A stretch of 64,000 nucleotides of DNA. Source: Octopus vulgaris. Taxonomy: Eukaryota. Below the pieces are notes generated by a model, which was not told the DNA's origin, did not search any database, and worked only from the letters and a program-made list of their open reading frames with translations. The stretch lies in NCBI GenBank assembly GCA_951406725.2, contig OX597819.1, positions 68,076,001 through 68,140,000 on the forward strand. Reading direction: 5' to 3'. Shown piece after piece: positions 29,405-44,342 of this stretch (positions are counted from its first letter, which is position 1; each line of letters begins with the position of its first letter). Both the position numbers and the translations under genes were made by a program.

Positions 29405-29990
29405 ATTATTTCTTTATGCTCAACAGATTAGGCTGTTAGAAAAGAATAATTCCTAACATCGGGCTGCAACAAGTAACATTAGATGCCAAGAACCCTACTA
29501 GGTGTCCTAGCTGTACCTAGTAACACTGTTTTCTGGAGCTGTACAAAATTGGGTTTTCCTCTGTCTATTTGTCCACATCTTTAGGGATTGTACCTAATGA
29601 AGGCATACATTTTACCAGCACTTCCCATAGTCTCTGTAATTCAAAGGCTATACCCTAGTACTTTACTAGTTTGTCTATATCTCTCATACTATTCCTCTCA
29701 TTATGTACGACTGTAAAGTCAATTATCTGGCACATTGTATCTCTGTGTCCTACTTCTAAATCAGGCCTTCTAGCTGCAATTACTTTCTCAGTCTGGGCGT
29801 TAAAGTTACATAATATCTTATATTTGTTTATTTATTTCTAGTATTTTACCAGGTTTATGTTCATACCATTTATCAGTATGGTCAAATCCTAGCTTTCTAC
29901 ATAGCTGCAATATTACTCTTCCCAAGTTGTCATGTCTTTCTTGTATACTTTCTGCACCAGCATGCTACAATCAATTACTATATGAGTATT
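29405..29990 (-). mobile_element. R4/Dong-like LINE 3' remnant, same family as 5783-7340
   Basis: Minus strand reads 'VQLQKTVLLGTART' followed by the 3' UTR 'gcagcccgatgttaggaa', which matches 7287-7305. Confidence 0.85.
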
Positions 29991-29997
29991 ATTATAG

Positions 29998-30540
29998 TTG
30001 AGTGAGAGAGCAGTTCGTACCATCAAAGTGACACTGGGGTAGAACTATAAGGAGCCCAGTGTGCCCATCATCACTACCCGTCTGATAGGAGTACACTAGA
30101 AACATGCATCACAAACATATGTGCGTGACATGATGATCTCATGTCAAATAAACAGCACTAGACCTTGGGGCTCAGTTAGGATTTTCTTCAGGTCGAGTAG
30201 CCCATCCCGCTTAAACGGTCCGAGAATAAGGTTTGTTTAAAGATAGTGAACACCCATGTTTCCAGAGGTGAATTATTCTAATCCCAAAGAATTCCTTTCA
30301 GCATACGGCTATGATGCTACTCCCACTACTCTGCTCGTGATCAGAGAAACACATATCGTCAGCCACTAAGCGCCATGCTCAACTGGTTAAGGTCAAACAA
30401 CTGACAAGCAAATCTGTAGTATTGAGTAGAATATTTGCTGTAGCCCATTCTTTATACCAAGACACAACAATGTACATGATAACACTTCCAATCAGTTAAG
30501 ATCAGAAGCCATGAAAACCACTGCATAATACTGTGTTCAG
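29998..30540 (-). repeat. ~550-bp interspersed repeat, copy 2
   Basis: Reverse complement of 7407-7960. Confidence 0.8.
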
Positions 30541-30563
30541 GCATCATAATCATCATCATCATC

Positions 30564-30606
<43 letters not shown>

Positions 30607-31051
30607 TATAATTGTTCGATATTTGGTCATTTGAGGCAAATTTCTGCTGCATCCCCTGCTACACCTCTGTGTTGCTGGGGTGTATGTAGCATTGTGCGTT
30701 CTTTTCTTTTGTTACAAGTGCTCAAAATCTTCCCAGTATTGTATGTTTGTTTTTCCTCGATTTGTGGTGCAGTCTTTTGTTGTATTACGGCTTGTATTGT
30801 GTGTTGAGTGTTTAATGCTTCGGTTATCTAGCTCGCTAGCGGAAGTTTATTATTTGCTGTACAGAGTGTCTTGTGTTTGTCCATTGTTTTGTTTAGGTTG
30901 TATTATTATTATTGTCATTATCATTATTATCATTCAGTAGTTTTATTTTTATAGCGTGCTTTCACTTCACTACCGAGCGCAGCTCTGTGTGCCTTGGGTA
31001 TGTGCTGTGATTTGTTGTGATGCTCTGATGGTTATTGTATGGAAAGTGTTA

Positions 31052-31212
<161 letters not shown>

Positions 31213-31214
31213 GC

Positions 31215-31480
31215 CTTTGCACAGCTTCTAACGCAGGAAATGTACTATAGTGTCAGCTGTTCACTTACCAGTGAACTAAGGTAACACCTCTTATTTTTCG
31301 AGAACCTTCCGGAGTATTCGAGCGGTTCCAAGCAGTGCTGTTTTCTGCAAGCGCTCCACCTTTATTGCAACCCGTAATAGTTCCACATACTTCTCGAGAT
31401 TTTTGTTCCGACAATTATTGGTACTACTGCTACCTTTTCCATCGACCAAATCTGCTTAATTTCCCAAGCCCACCTGTCCA
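31215..31480 (-). mobile_element. R4/Dong-like LINE extreme 3' fragment within (TAA)n
   Basis: Minus strand reads 'WEIKQIWSMEKVAVVPIIVG' then, after a frameshift, 'VERLQKTALLGTARILRKVLE'. Flanked on both sides by long TTA repeats. Confidence 0.8.
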
Positions 31481-31543
31481 TTATCATTATTATTGTCATC
31501 ATTATTATTATTATTATCATTGTTATCATTATTATTATTATTA

Positions 31544-31626
<83 letters not shown>

Positions 31627-32194
31627 GTTATTATTATTATTATTATTATTATTAGTTATGCAGGAACGAAGACAGTTTTGGCTGCTATTTGTCACAGCTA
31701 TTATGACCACGGCAATGCTCTTCGTTTCCTAGTTAAGACCACATCATTTGCTCAGTTTCTGACAAGAAAAGATATTTTCTATAAATTGCTTGCAGTTATT
31801 GTCTTCTTTTAACATTAGTTTCTCTAGTCACTTAAAGTCTACTTTCGATGTCTTTGTTTTCCTAGAGTAAGTAGTAATGGCTTACATCTCTAGCATTTTG
31901 TCGTTGAACGGATGAAAAGATTATAAGATGTCTGTTTAATGGTAAGAAGATGTCTCAAGGTTAACCAGTGAAATGTAGGTTAGGAAGTTTATCATTTGGT
32001 ACACATCAAATATGAGCCTTGTTACATTGAGATAAGATGTATGTCAGATCAGTATGCTGTCGTAGATTTCTGCACATTGTGGCTATAACACACGAACATA
32101 TACGTTTATAGACACACATACACACATTCTCTCACATACTCGCATATACACTTACATACATTGATCGACCTAGAGGTGTGCATGCGTAAATGTA

Positions 32195-32252
<58 letters not shown>

Positions 32253-33179
32253 GTGCGTGTCTGTGTGTCTGTGTGTGTATATAAATGTGTATATATAGTT
32301 CATTTCTATGTTTTAGTTTTTATATTTTCATTTCTCATTCTGTTCAATGTTTTTTTTTTGATATCCTGTACCCATATAAGCATGTATATATACATATATA
32401 TGTAAGTATGTCCATATATGTATGTATATATGCATATATTTATATATTATTTATATTATTATACAATCAAACGCCACACATCCTTTTCCAAGTAAGTTTT
32501 ATCTTAATAATTTTGATGTGCACTCTTCTATCTTTACTATCTGTTCTCTGTCTATATCTCTCTCCCTCTCTTGTTCTTCATCCTTTCTGGTTTTCTCTCC
32601 CACCCTTTCCTATCATTCTGCTCTCCTCTTTACCGTTCCCTCTCTCTCACTCCTCCTCCCCCTCGACTCTCTCGTCACTGACACGTGACGAAAGATAATC
32701 TATCTTTCTGACCACTACCTTGATAGAGACAACAACTTGCTTATGCTGTCTCCTTCATAAGCTCGTCTTCCTAGCGTTCATAATAATTTTTCTATCGTCT
32801 TCACTTAACAGCCCTCACCGTTTGTTTTTACTGTTTTGTTCTCACTGTCCTGTTCTTGTTACCACTTTCACCCTCCGCAAAAAATCCCGAATTCCTCCAA
32901 CTATACAACATGACCTTCTGTTCTGACCGACCATGTTTGACAAGAGGTCCTAAAACCTGAAGAAAACGAAGCCGATGATATCTTATATTAGCATTATGAA
33001 GATAGATCTATTTTCCTTCCCCAGTTTATATTCGACGTCAAAAAAGAGCATCTCGAGAATTCGTTAGCAGTTGTTTGCAAATATTCACTTGTCGTTGAGG
33101 ATAGCCATTGGTCTGTTGCCGACAGCGTCTGTTCACAAGGCCCAGCATATAGAGATATCGACTGATGTTGCTCTGTGAA

Positions 33180-34140
33180 GGATCTAGTTCTGCTGACAAT
33201 GTATGAATGCTTCTGCTTGGATGCTATTCAACCATTTCAAACAAAGCTTCATTTTCCACACCAGAAGACTTCTCTGAACATGGGCTATCTTCAAGGATGT
33301 TATCACCTTCCATAAAACGTCTGAACCAGTTTTGTGTCATACGTTCGTAGACAGATCGTGGGCCTTCCACATCATTAATTTATTTTGCATGCACACCAAT
33401 TTTTAACGCTCGAGCTCACTTCTGCTGTTAATATTAGCGCTTGGACGGAAGGTGTGTAGCGTGTGATCGTCGCATTGATTACTACAGAGAAAGTATAGTA
33501 GAGAATTTGCATCAAATTTTACCAAAAGCCTGGCGATATCAGCTCAGAGGCCTACACAAAGTTTTCAAAAAGTTTTCATCATTCTTGACACAATCAAGGG
33601 GAGATTTTGTGAAACTGAAAGCCGAGTATCTTTCTGGTCAGCTGAAAGCAGTTTTGGCCCAAAATTGGCAGTCTCACGTCTCATACCCAAATCTTCAGAT
33701 ATAATGACTGAACTGAACCGTAACTAATCTGCACATCCTCTGAAAACTCTCGGATGATGAATCAATGATTTTCTCCACACCTGCACGCACATCTGTGATA
33801 TTTTCATCACTTCTGCTGTTAACGGGTCTCCCAGAATGTTTATCAATATCGACATTTTTCGGCCATCTTGGAAAAGTCTCAACCACACCTACTCTTGTGT
33901 GCGGATCCTATACCCCTCTCCATACACTTCCTGCAACTTTGACAAGGCCTCTGAGCAGATGTCGCCATGACAACTTTTTTTTGTTATGGCTAATGCGACG
34001 ATCACTCGCTACACATTTTCCTTCCAAGCAATGCTACAAACAGCGGTACTGAATTAGAGCGTTAAAAATGTGTGCACATGCACAGCAGAGTTTAGGATCA
34101 GTGTGTGCCAAGCAGCTTTACTCTGCATGTTTTAGCTTTG
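33180..34140 (-). mobile_element. Rearranged mariner-derived element
   Basis: The minus strand at ~33700-33970 encodes a mariner N-terminal HTH-like segment ('FQDGR...DIDKHSGRPVNSRSDENITDVRA'). An internal inverted duplication of 'gctcagaggcct' is present, and the element is colinear with 63390-64000. Confidence 0.7.
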
Positions 34141-34718
34141 ATATTATAGCAACAGAACTTCATTATTAGGAACACGCATTATTAGATCAAAATAGCACAT
34201 AATTAGAAGACTAGACCAAATTCTTCTAAGCCATGGCCATATTCCCCTTTGTCATTGGCAAGATGTAGTGTATGTTGAGTTTGCCATCTCACGCCCCCCG
34301 CTCCCTATATAGGCTTATAGAGCAAAACGAGAAGAGCTTCTCAATAAAAGCGTTACCCGGAGTGAATCTCATGCCCCACACCCCAACTAGTTACGCTGCA
34401 AGTATTTAACTCCAAATGTACACAGAGATATATTAGCACGTATAATTATGTCATTTTTAGGACACTCGGGTATGATTTGATGGACGTCTACCCAATATTT
34501 TTAGAAATGACGGGTTATCACGCACGACTTCCGTAGATATCGACTTCCAGGTCAGATTTATTTCAAATGTCTTGGATGGTCTGAGAAGACCATCATCATC
34601 AAAACACCACCTCTGTGATTGCAATAAATACTAATTACAAAACTAAAAGATACCGTATGTTCATAAGTGCCACCCAATGCAAGTTGCATCAGGTTTCATA
34701 TACTATGCGATATTTACC

Positions 34719-34766
<48 letters not shown>

Positions 34767-35108
34767 CATGTATACATACGTATATGTTGGTATGTAAGTA
34801 TATATATATATAAATGTATATACATGTATATACAAGCATATAGAGATATACTTATGCGTATGTGTATAAATATATATTGTATAAAGGATGGTGGATAGGA
34901 CGAGAACAATGCCAAGTAAAAGGAAGGTAAACCACAAGAAAACAAATATGTGAATTAATGAAGACCCACCTTGCATTCAATATTTCGGGGTTATGACCCC
35001 ATCCTCAAGAAATTAACGAATGTTGTAGATGCACGTGTGTGTGAGTGTGTGTGGAGTGGACATGCGGTGTAAGTTGTTGCTATAACAACCAGCTAGCTTC
35101 CTGTAACT

Positions 35109-35162
<54 letters not shown>

Positions 35163-37055
35163 TTTGCATATGTACGTGTGTAGTGTATATCTATGTATAT
35201 AAACTTACACATATACATACATACATATATATATATACATGTATATATACATACATATATATATGTAAATATTTACACACATATATATGTAAATATTTAC
35301 ACACACATATATATATGTATATATATATATGTGTGTGTGTGTGTGTATGTGTATACATCTATATCTATATATATATATATAAACATACCTAGATATGTGT
35401 GTGTATTTTCATTCATGTAGGTGATTAAGTATAAGATATATATAGTATATATCTGTAAATGTGAGTGTGTTTGTGTGTGCGCGCGCGTGTGTATGTTTGT
35501 GTGTGCGTGTGTGTGTGTCTTCATTACACATATATTGGAGTTTTTGTTCAATAATGCACTGCAGAAAATAATTAGTGTGAACTTAAAATCTATTACTAAT
35601 TAGATTCATATAATTGAAATGGCTCTAAATTCGGACAAATTAGATTTCATTTTATTAAGCTTTAGGCAGAACAAAATTGCAATACTCTTGAAATTAAGAA
35701 TTTTCATGGAAGAGTGTTCTTTGACAGCAATCACTTGCGTTATCTTGGTGATGTTGTTGATAAATGCCTACGCAGGTATACACTCGTCAAATATTTTTCT
35801 TTCAGAAAAGATGGCTGTCAGCCGAGTTAATATATTATTTTGTCCAGGCAGAAATACCAGGAGATGCGATATCGATGATCACAATCTATGACATCGAGAC
35901 CTAAATGGTTTGAACTTCAGACATATAAACTTTTAACCTAGTTCGATAATATAATTCACTCGGCTACTTTCTATCAGGATAACATGGACAAGCAAAACGT
36001 CTGATGAAGAAGGGATGACTCAAACAGCGGTAAGTAGGAAACTGCTTCTCTCTGGATTATCTATGCAGAATGATTTGTGGGTTTATATGAAAAACATCTT
36101 GAAACTACGTAAAATACTAAGATCTATATATTGAACTGCTGTGTCTACCATTTTGTATTGTATGGAGGTAAGGCATGGTCTTTTACATCAGAAATGAGAC
36201 GCTGCTTCGAGAACTGTGAAAAGTGCTTCTGAAGGAGAATACTGAGGATAGCATGGATAAAGTATTTAATGAAGACGTGATCATCCGCTGCAGTAAATAG
36301 GAATATTCTAATTATATAACTGCATGTTATATATAAACAAATCATTCACTTCTTTCGTTCGATTTGCGTTGAAAGGCTGACAATAATAAGAATGAGACAG
36401 GATTAAGTTTTCAGTGTACACAAACGTGGATACAATAACGGTATATACGATGATATTGTGTTTAGTAACGAATGCTAATCGCAAAAAAAAAATTGCATGG
36501 AATTGTATATATATATATAATTATTATTATTATAATTAAAGTGGCTAGACGCAATTTCAAACCAAAAGGCACAAGTACATTCGTCACTAAAAACTACTAA
36601 GAGTTCGAGTCAGCACCACAGCATTGACAGAAATAAGAGTTAAAACAACACTTAGCCACGAACGAAGCATTTTCTGTTCAACAGACAACTATCTATTGAC
36701 TGAGAAGGGAGACAACCTCCCCACGGCAAGTGAGGAAACCAAATCAACCGGCCGATTTGGGATAGAATTAATCCTCACCGGTGATGCTACTACATTGTCT
36801 AGAGTTAAGATAACTCTACTTCACAATTTAAAGAAAATGTCATAGGAATCTGCGGTTGATTCCGTAAAATGGTAAAGTGAAAATTATAGATTATTAAAAT
36901 GGCCAGAGGCAATTTAAAAACCGAAAGATACTAATACCATCGTCACACAAAGATTTCGCTCACACTTAGCGGAGCACATTTTTATGCAGTTAAGTAAACA
37001 CCGCCAGGCACATATATCTCTGGATTTCTCGTTCAGTCTCATTACACACACACAC

Positions 37056-37165
<110 letters not shown>

Positions 37166-37343
37166 ATGCATACATGTGAGTATGCATGCGCGTGCGTGTT
37201 ATACATTCGACAATTTTCGTAAATCGAAGCGTGCTAAAACACACGTGACTAATGTGAGATTATAACAAAGAATCTATTTCACTGGTACAATTTACAATTC
37301 AATAAAATATGCATGCATATAAACACATGCACATACATCCAAG

Positions 37344-37401
<58 letters not shown>

Positions 37402-37635
37402 TGTGTGTGTGTGTACGTATAATATATATGTGTACATTTATATAAATGTATATGAATAGATATCTTCATATATACATATATACATATGTGTATATATGTA
37501 TTTATATAAGTTACAGGGACGTAAACACACCGGCATCGGTTGTCAAAACAAAGACACATAAATAGGCAGACAGAGACACACACACGCACATACACACACA
37601 TATGCACATATATACATATCTGTATGTATGTATTT

Positions 37636-37865
37636 ATTTCTTTATTGCCCTCAGGGGGCTAAACATAGAGGGGACAAACAAGGACAGACAAACGGATTAA
37701 GTCCATTACATCGACTTCAGTGATTAACGTGTACTTATTTAATCTACCCCGAAAGGATGAAAGGCAAAGTCGACGTCGGCGGAATTTGAACTCAACGTAA
37801 GGGTAGACGAAATACCGCTAGGCATTTCGCCCGGCGTGCTAACGTTTCTGCTAGCTTGCCGCCTT
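37636..37865 (-). mobile_element. SINE family B, full length
   Basis: Reverse complement of the 16282-16512 unit. Confidence 0.9.
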
Positions 37866-38241
37866 ATGTGTATATATGTATTTACATGCGCATATGCATA
37901 TAGGTGTGTGTGTGAGTGTGTACATATGTGTATGTATGCATACCTACTCAGTAGCTGTAATAATCACGTTTAATGCATGATATTGAATACTTAATGTAGA
38001 TCCTGTTTGTAAATCTCCCTCTCTGCGAATCACGATTCTCGCACCAGGCGCATTGTATAATATACTTTGAAGTACGGTGTGCAGTGGTGGTATGTAATTT
38101 TATTATGTTGGCATTTACTTTTTTTTTTCAATACTTATTTTCATTTAACATTTTGAATAAATATGTCTATTCCATGTTTTTGTATACGAATGTGTATATA
38201 CATATATGTATATGTATATGTGTATATATATGTATATATAA

Positions 38242-38293
<52 letters not shown>

Positions 38294-38506
38294 CTATATA
38301 TACATAAATATATATATATGTATGTATATAAGTATGTAGGTATATATGATGGCTATGCGATAAGTAGCTTGCTTACCACTCACTTGATTCAGTGTTCAGT
38401 CCCACAGCAAGGCACCACCTTGGGGCATGTGTCTTGTACTATAGCCTCGGGCCGACCAAAGACATGTGAGTAGATTTGGTAGACAGAAATTGAAAGAAGC
38501 CCGTCG

Positions 38507-38535
<29 letters not shown>

Positions 38536-38544
<9 letters not shown>

Positions 38545-38717
38545 TAAATTAGAGATAAAACCACTATTAGGCAAATCAAACAATGAAAATCATAAGCCAA
38601 TACATAGAAATAAAATTAATTAAAAAAATATAAAATATAAAATATGAAAAATATAAAATTCCAAATTAAAATATTTATATTAAAGTAAAAATTTTAAAAT
38701 GATTTAAATAATTTAAG

Positions 38718-38764
<47 letters not shown>

Positions 38765-39735
38765 TTCTCTTCATCTCTCTCACAGCCGGGCGACCACTTC
38801 CTTTCGCTTGCGGCCTCCTAACAGTGAACACGCTTTCTTCCTGCGCTCTCAAAAATCTTTCCTCGTCTAAGCCCAAAAAGGCCCTCATTGTTTGTTTTCT
38901 TGTTTGTTTTTATTTCTGTATTTTTTTGTAATTGTATTTTTATTTTGTATTTTATTTTATAATTTTATTTATATCGTTTTTACGTCCTGTTTTTGTCACA
39001 TTTTTTCCTTTCCTTGTTTTTACCCCTCTGCAAAGGAATTTTATTTAATTCTTTCGCAGGAAGGGCTAGTTCGACGAGTCGTGTTCTGTCCTTCTCTTCG
39101 AAACACGCATGGAGTCGTACTAGGGACAGCTGATGAAGGGAAATTTTCTTTGTGTTGTTTGTCTTGTACTCTGTTTTTCGTTGTTAAAAAATAGGTCCGT
39201 TTCCATGTTTGTTTTTACGTTTTCCTTTCTCGTTGTGTTCTACGTCTATTTGTGGTGTCCTGTACTCACGTATATATATATTTATATATGCATGTATATA
39301 TAAATGTAGATGTAGGTACGTACATATATGTATGTATGCATATATTTTATTTATTACACTATATATATATATTTATTATTGTTATTTTATTTTATTTATT
39401 TATTTAAATAAATAGATAAATAAATAAAATAAAATGATAATGATAGTAAATATATATATATATTTAAAATTTATAAGTTTAAATTATTTAAATAATTTTT
39501 TAATTTTTACTTTAATATAAATATTTTAATTTGGAATTTTATATTTTTTTATATTTTATATTTTATATTTTTTTAATTAATTTTATTTCTATGTATTGGC
39601 CTATGATTTTCACTGTTTGATTTGGCTAATAGTGGTTTTATCTCTAATTTAATATAATATATATTTATACTATAACATTAGATTTAATCCTAAATCTAAT
39701 TTTTCCCTGTAAGTTTGGATTTACTCCCTATTATT
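38536..39735 (+). mobile_element. Non-coding PLE-like terminal element with ~180-bp inverted repeats
   Basis: 38536-38717 is the near reverse complement of 39479-39660, and sequence continues beyond the second arm, the same layout as 2507-2935. It is inserted in the (TA)n of a SINE and carries the structured RNA at 39047-39145. Confidence 0.65.
39047..39145 (+). ncRNA. Pseudoknotted structured RNA with hammerhead core elements in non-canonical order
   Basis: Helices CGTGT/ACACG, CTGTCC/GGACAG, GAAGGG/CTCTTC, CTAGT/ACTAG and CGAC/GTCG. GAAA is at 39100-03 and CTGATGA at 39130-36. Confidence 0.55.
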
Positions 39736-39773
39736 ATTATTATTATTATATATTTATATAAATATATATATAA

Positions 39774-39809
<36 letters not shown>

Positions 39810-40056
39810 ATGTGTGTGTGTGTCTGTCTGTTTCTGAGTTATTGTGTGTGTAGTGTGTGTTTGTGTGTCTGTGTTGGACAACCGATGTCGATATCTTTAC
39901 GTCGACGTAAATGGGGAAGATAGAATAAGTACTAGGTTTACAAAGAATAAGGCCTGTGATAGATTTTTTCTACTAAAGGTGGTGCTCCAGCATGGCTGTA
40001 GTCAAACAACTGCAACAAATAAAAGAATATATATATACATATATACATATACAAAT

Positions 40057-40132
<76 letters not shown>

Positions 40133-40194
40133 ATATATATATATATATGTGTACACATACATATATATATATGGACACGGACACACACACACAC

Positions 40195-40255
<61 letters not shown>

Positions 40256-40409
40256 AGAGAAATAATTATTATCAGGCAAAATGCTAAATTGAAAGTATAT
40301 TTCCATAAAATTGGATGTAGGAAAAATTAATAAAGAAAAAAATGATAAATCAAACCGTTAGCATGTCGAGCGAAATACAATGCGTTATTTCGCTCTCCTT
40401 TACATTCAA

Positions 40410-41560
40410 AAAAATAATAATTCAATTATACAAAAATTAATAAATAAGTATACCAATACATTGTAGAGTATTTATGCTTTTAGAGTTCAATAACAGTCCT
40501 TGGAAAAAACTTCTTTTTAGGATTAGGATGCATGTGTTTAAATGTAGTGTTTAATTTAAAAGAGTGTCAAAACAAGACATGGGTAGGAGTTATCCAGTTC
40601 CTATGAGAAAGGGGACACAATTCAGTGGATTTTATGATCTTTAATTGGAATGATAGATTTTTTGTCAAACAGGATTCTTATATCAATTTTTTGTTAGATA
40701 GCATGCTAGAAAAAGGATTATGGTCACCGTGGTGTTTGCATATTAAGACACGTTTGGAATTTTTGATGATTATTTCTTGAGTAGAGATTCTGTCTTTACA
40801 TAGGTAGAATGGGAATATGTGAAATTTGGGATTTTTATCTCTAGCTCAATAGTCTATGTGGCTACTTAGTGGACTTTGACGGTATTGTGGAAGATTTATC
40901 TGTTCTTTATGGACTGCTACTCTTCTGCGCAAAGAAGATTCGTTTGTCCAACATAATTGTGTTGGCAACCGGCGCATGTGTGAACGTAGATGATGTTCTC
41001 GGAGGAACAGGAGAAGTTGGTCTTGATCTTAAATTTGTTCCTTATTTGAAAGTAAATTCAGAGCCTTCAAGTAGGAAGGGGTAGGTACCACAGTTAGGGC
41101 GTGCACATTTTTTAACTGATTGGGGTGGATGTGGTGTGTGAAGTTTGGCATTTGTTACGAGTTTTTTCAAAGATTTATGTTGCCTTTTGCATTTAAGGAT
41201 TTTATGTATATTGATAATTTTGGGTCTGCGGACAGTAAGGGGGGGTTTGTATGATTGTGGTGTATGCTTCAATGTTTTTGGGGTTGTGGGTGGAAATGTA
41301 TGGAAGTATTTTGAGGTTGGGTGTGTTACTGCGTTGGGTGGTTTTCAATGTCTTATTGTCTAGTTCTTTGGCACGTTTTATTCCGTAGTCTATGAGTGTG
41401 GAGAGATATTGGCGTTGCAATAGTGTTTTTTTTTTTGAGGTTTTGAAGTATTTGTCGAGTTTTTTGATCTGAGACAATGGTGCATAACCTTTTAGCTAAG
41501 TTGAAAGGGATATTTATCTTGGTGTGTTTTGGGTGGCATGAACTGAAGAGGAGGTAATGC
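40410..41560 (-). mobile_element. Degenerate PLE 3' part (thumb + GIY-YIG)
   Basis: Minus strand, frameshifted: 'LLFSSCHPKHTKINIPFNLAKRLCTIVS', 'LPYISTHNP', 'KKCARPNCGT' and 'YVGQT...LRRRVAVHKEQI...LSSH'. Clearly homologous to the 56950 ORF. Confidence 0.88.
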
Positions 41561-41574
41561 TGTATATATATATA

Positions 41575-41980
41575 TAGGTGCAGGCGGGTCTGGGTGGCAG
41601 CAAGCGGCTTGCTTCACAACTACATGGTTTGAGGTTTAGTCCTAATGCGTGGCACCTTGGGTTGGTGTTTTCCACTATAGCCTCGGACAGATGAAAACCT
41701 TGTGAGCGGATTTGGTATAAGGAAACTGGAAAAAGCCCGTCGTATATACCTATGTATATGTCTATGTATGTGTGTCTTTGTGTCTGTGTTTGCCGCCCAT
41801 CACCGCTTGACAACCGATGTTGGCATGTTTACATTACCGTAAATTAGCAATTCGGCAAAAGATAATAAGTACTAGGCTTAAAAATAAGTCGTGGGGTCAA
41901 TTCATTCGACTAAAATCCCTTTAAGATGATGTTTCAGTATGGCCGCAGTCAAATCATTGAAACAAGTAGAAGAATAAAAT
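41575..41980 (+). mobile_element. SINE family A, full length
   Basis: Head 'aggtgcagg...gcaccttggg', centre 'ggatttggta...aagcccgtcgtata', tail 'atggccgcagtcaaatcattgaaacaag'. Confidence 0.85.
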
Positions 41981-42024
41981 AATGCATACATACATGTGTG
42001 TGTTAGTATATATATATATGTATA

Positions 42025-42094
<70 letters not shown>

Positions 42095-44067
42095 TATATA
42101 TTCGCGTACCCTAAAGACAGACGTCAAAACCAATCATCGGAACGGTGAACTACTGCGTGCTGTTCCATTAAACCTAGAACGAGTCATTTAAGATGGTGAC
42201 GAGCTTACTGGCTTGCTCGATAATGTGAATATATCGGCAAGAATCGAAATACTTTAGTAAAATGATGCCTATGATTTTGCAGTAAAATTCCCACCTTTTC
42301 GAAACGTGTGATTTCACAGTTACTTTTGTTATGCATTTCTTCCAAACTATAATTTATGGGATTGCTATTAAATGTTTCCTAATCTAGCTACGTTCATGGT
42401 GGGCTTGTCATGTCGACATTTAGGGTCAAATAAGTAATTGGTTGGTGGTCTTGTAACGCAATATCAGTCAGTCGGTCTACCATATGTCCTAACTCTATTA
42501 TTATATTTTGCTTCGATGTTAATTAAACCGTACGTGTAACTGTTTCTTATCTTACAGTTTTCTTTTTCTTATGAAGCTTGAGTAAATTAACAAGAACATA
42601 AATTTCTGAAGTGTGTCACATAGTTTAATGGAATTACTGATATGTTTCCAAATCCTTAATTAAAGGTGTTTTTTTTTGTAGGTCCTTGAATAGTTAGAAT
42701 GTATGTATATGTACATTGTCACTTTTATATTACCCTATAATTTTGTAAACAACATTTTCCAAACTTTATGTTTTGTAGCTATTTTGTTATTCAGAGACCA
42801 AATTTGATGTTTACAGATTATCGAATCTCTTAAATGTGACCCCACATCACCCCAGCGCATGTATTTAATTAAGTGATCCACCTTCTCGGTAGGTTTCTAA
42901 TCATTCTTTCATATAGATCTTTCCCAGGGGCATAGGTATATTTTCCTCTTAAATCTAAGACTAGATAACGCTTCAGCTCAATTAAGGTCATCTGATTTGT
43001 AAACAACGCTCTACAGCCAAAATGCGCTAAATTGGTCTGGTTTTAGAAATAGGAAAACATTTTAACTTAATGCAAAACAAAACCATGTTTTTCGCTATTT
43101 TTTTGTCGTCACAACGGCCTTGGGTGCGAGGCAGAGCATTTGCCGAAGTAAATAGAATTTATAAGAAATCGCCTTGAAAGGCGTCGACAGAAAGAACCGA
43201 CCCCAGGTTAGTATATATAATATCGATCGCTTTTTGGAAACGCTAACTTGCAGGGACATAAACAAACCAATACTGGGTGTAAGGCAGTGAAGGAACATAA
43301 AAAGGGCGCACAAACACAAACACACATACATTACGAGCATCCTCGAAGTTTTCCTTTAGTATCTTCAGGAAGATGTCACTAGTCGACCCTGAGGGCGTAG
43401 TAAAATTTACTTTCCTGAAGTGCATATAATGGATCTGAACCCCAAACCACGGACTTCTGCCATCGCCAGCTCAAATGTTTTGATTTCAGCATGCGTGTGA
43501 ATGTATATTATGTATATATATATTCGCGTATCTTTCTTAAGAATATATAAGATAAAAATAACTTTAGAACCGATGAGATTTTCAGTTCATTTCATTCGAA
43601 TAAATGCAGGTTAGGTACAAGAACATGTTATGAAATCTGACTTAAGAATGCTCTGCGCAAACTAACGATAACATTGGAAACTGTGGCAGCCATTGTTTTT
43701 GTGCGTTTTACTAATATAACAGGACATCTTGCTGTTAAATATCTATTGACTTAAAGCGTCTGTTTCAGAATAATTTCCTTCTTATTTCCTTTATAATTTC
43801 AGAGACGCTGCACGATTGGATAAACACATTTCCTCTCTATTACGTATATAATTCATAAACTTTTACTTATGTAGTTTCAAAGCTTTCATACAGGCACAAA
43901 CGCACAAACTGATTGTATAATTTGACTCAAGGTTCTGATGATGTTTCTGGCAAACGTTTGCTGCAAAATAAGACTACTAATGAAAGTATTGTGAAATAAT
44001 ATAAAACAAGATAGGATATATAAAATCAAGTAATAATAAAAACAACAACAACAACAACAACAACAAC

Positions 44068-44130
<63 letters not shown>

Positions 44131-44176
44131 AATATTAATATTAATAATAATAATAATAATAATAATAATGTTAATA

Positions 44177-44225
<49 letters not shown>

Positions 44226-44244
44226 TGATGATGATGATGATGGA

Positions 44245-44306
<62 letters not shown>

Positions 44307-44311
44307 AGAAA

Positions 44312-44342
<31 letters not shown>

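Larger units (their letters stand above)
38350..40028 (+). mobile_element. SINE family A split by a nested insertion
   Basis: The 5' half is at 38350-38510 and the 3' half at ~39850-40028. Confidence 0.8.

Noticed and set aside
35978-36040. CTGATGA hammerhead core or a 52-nt exon
   Set aside because: There is no GAAA in register and no stem I. The acceptor is weak and the length does not preserve frame.
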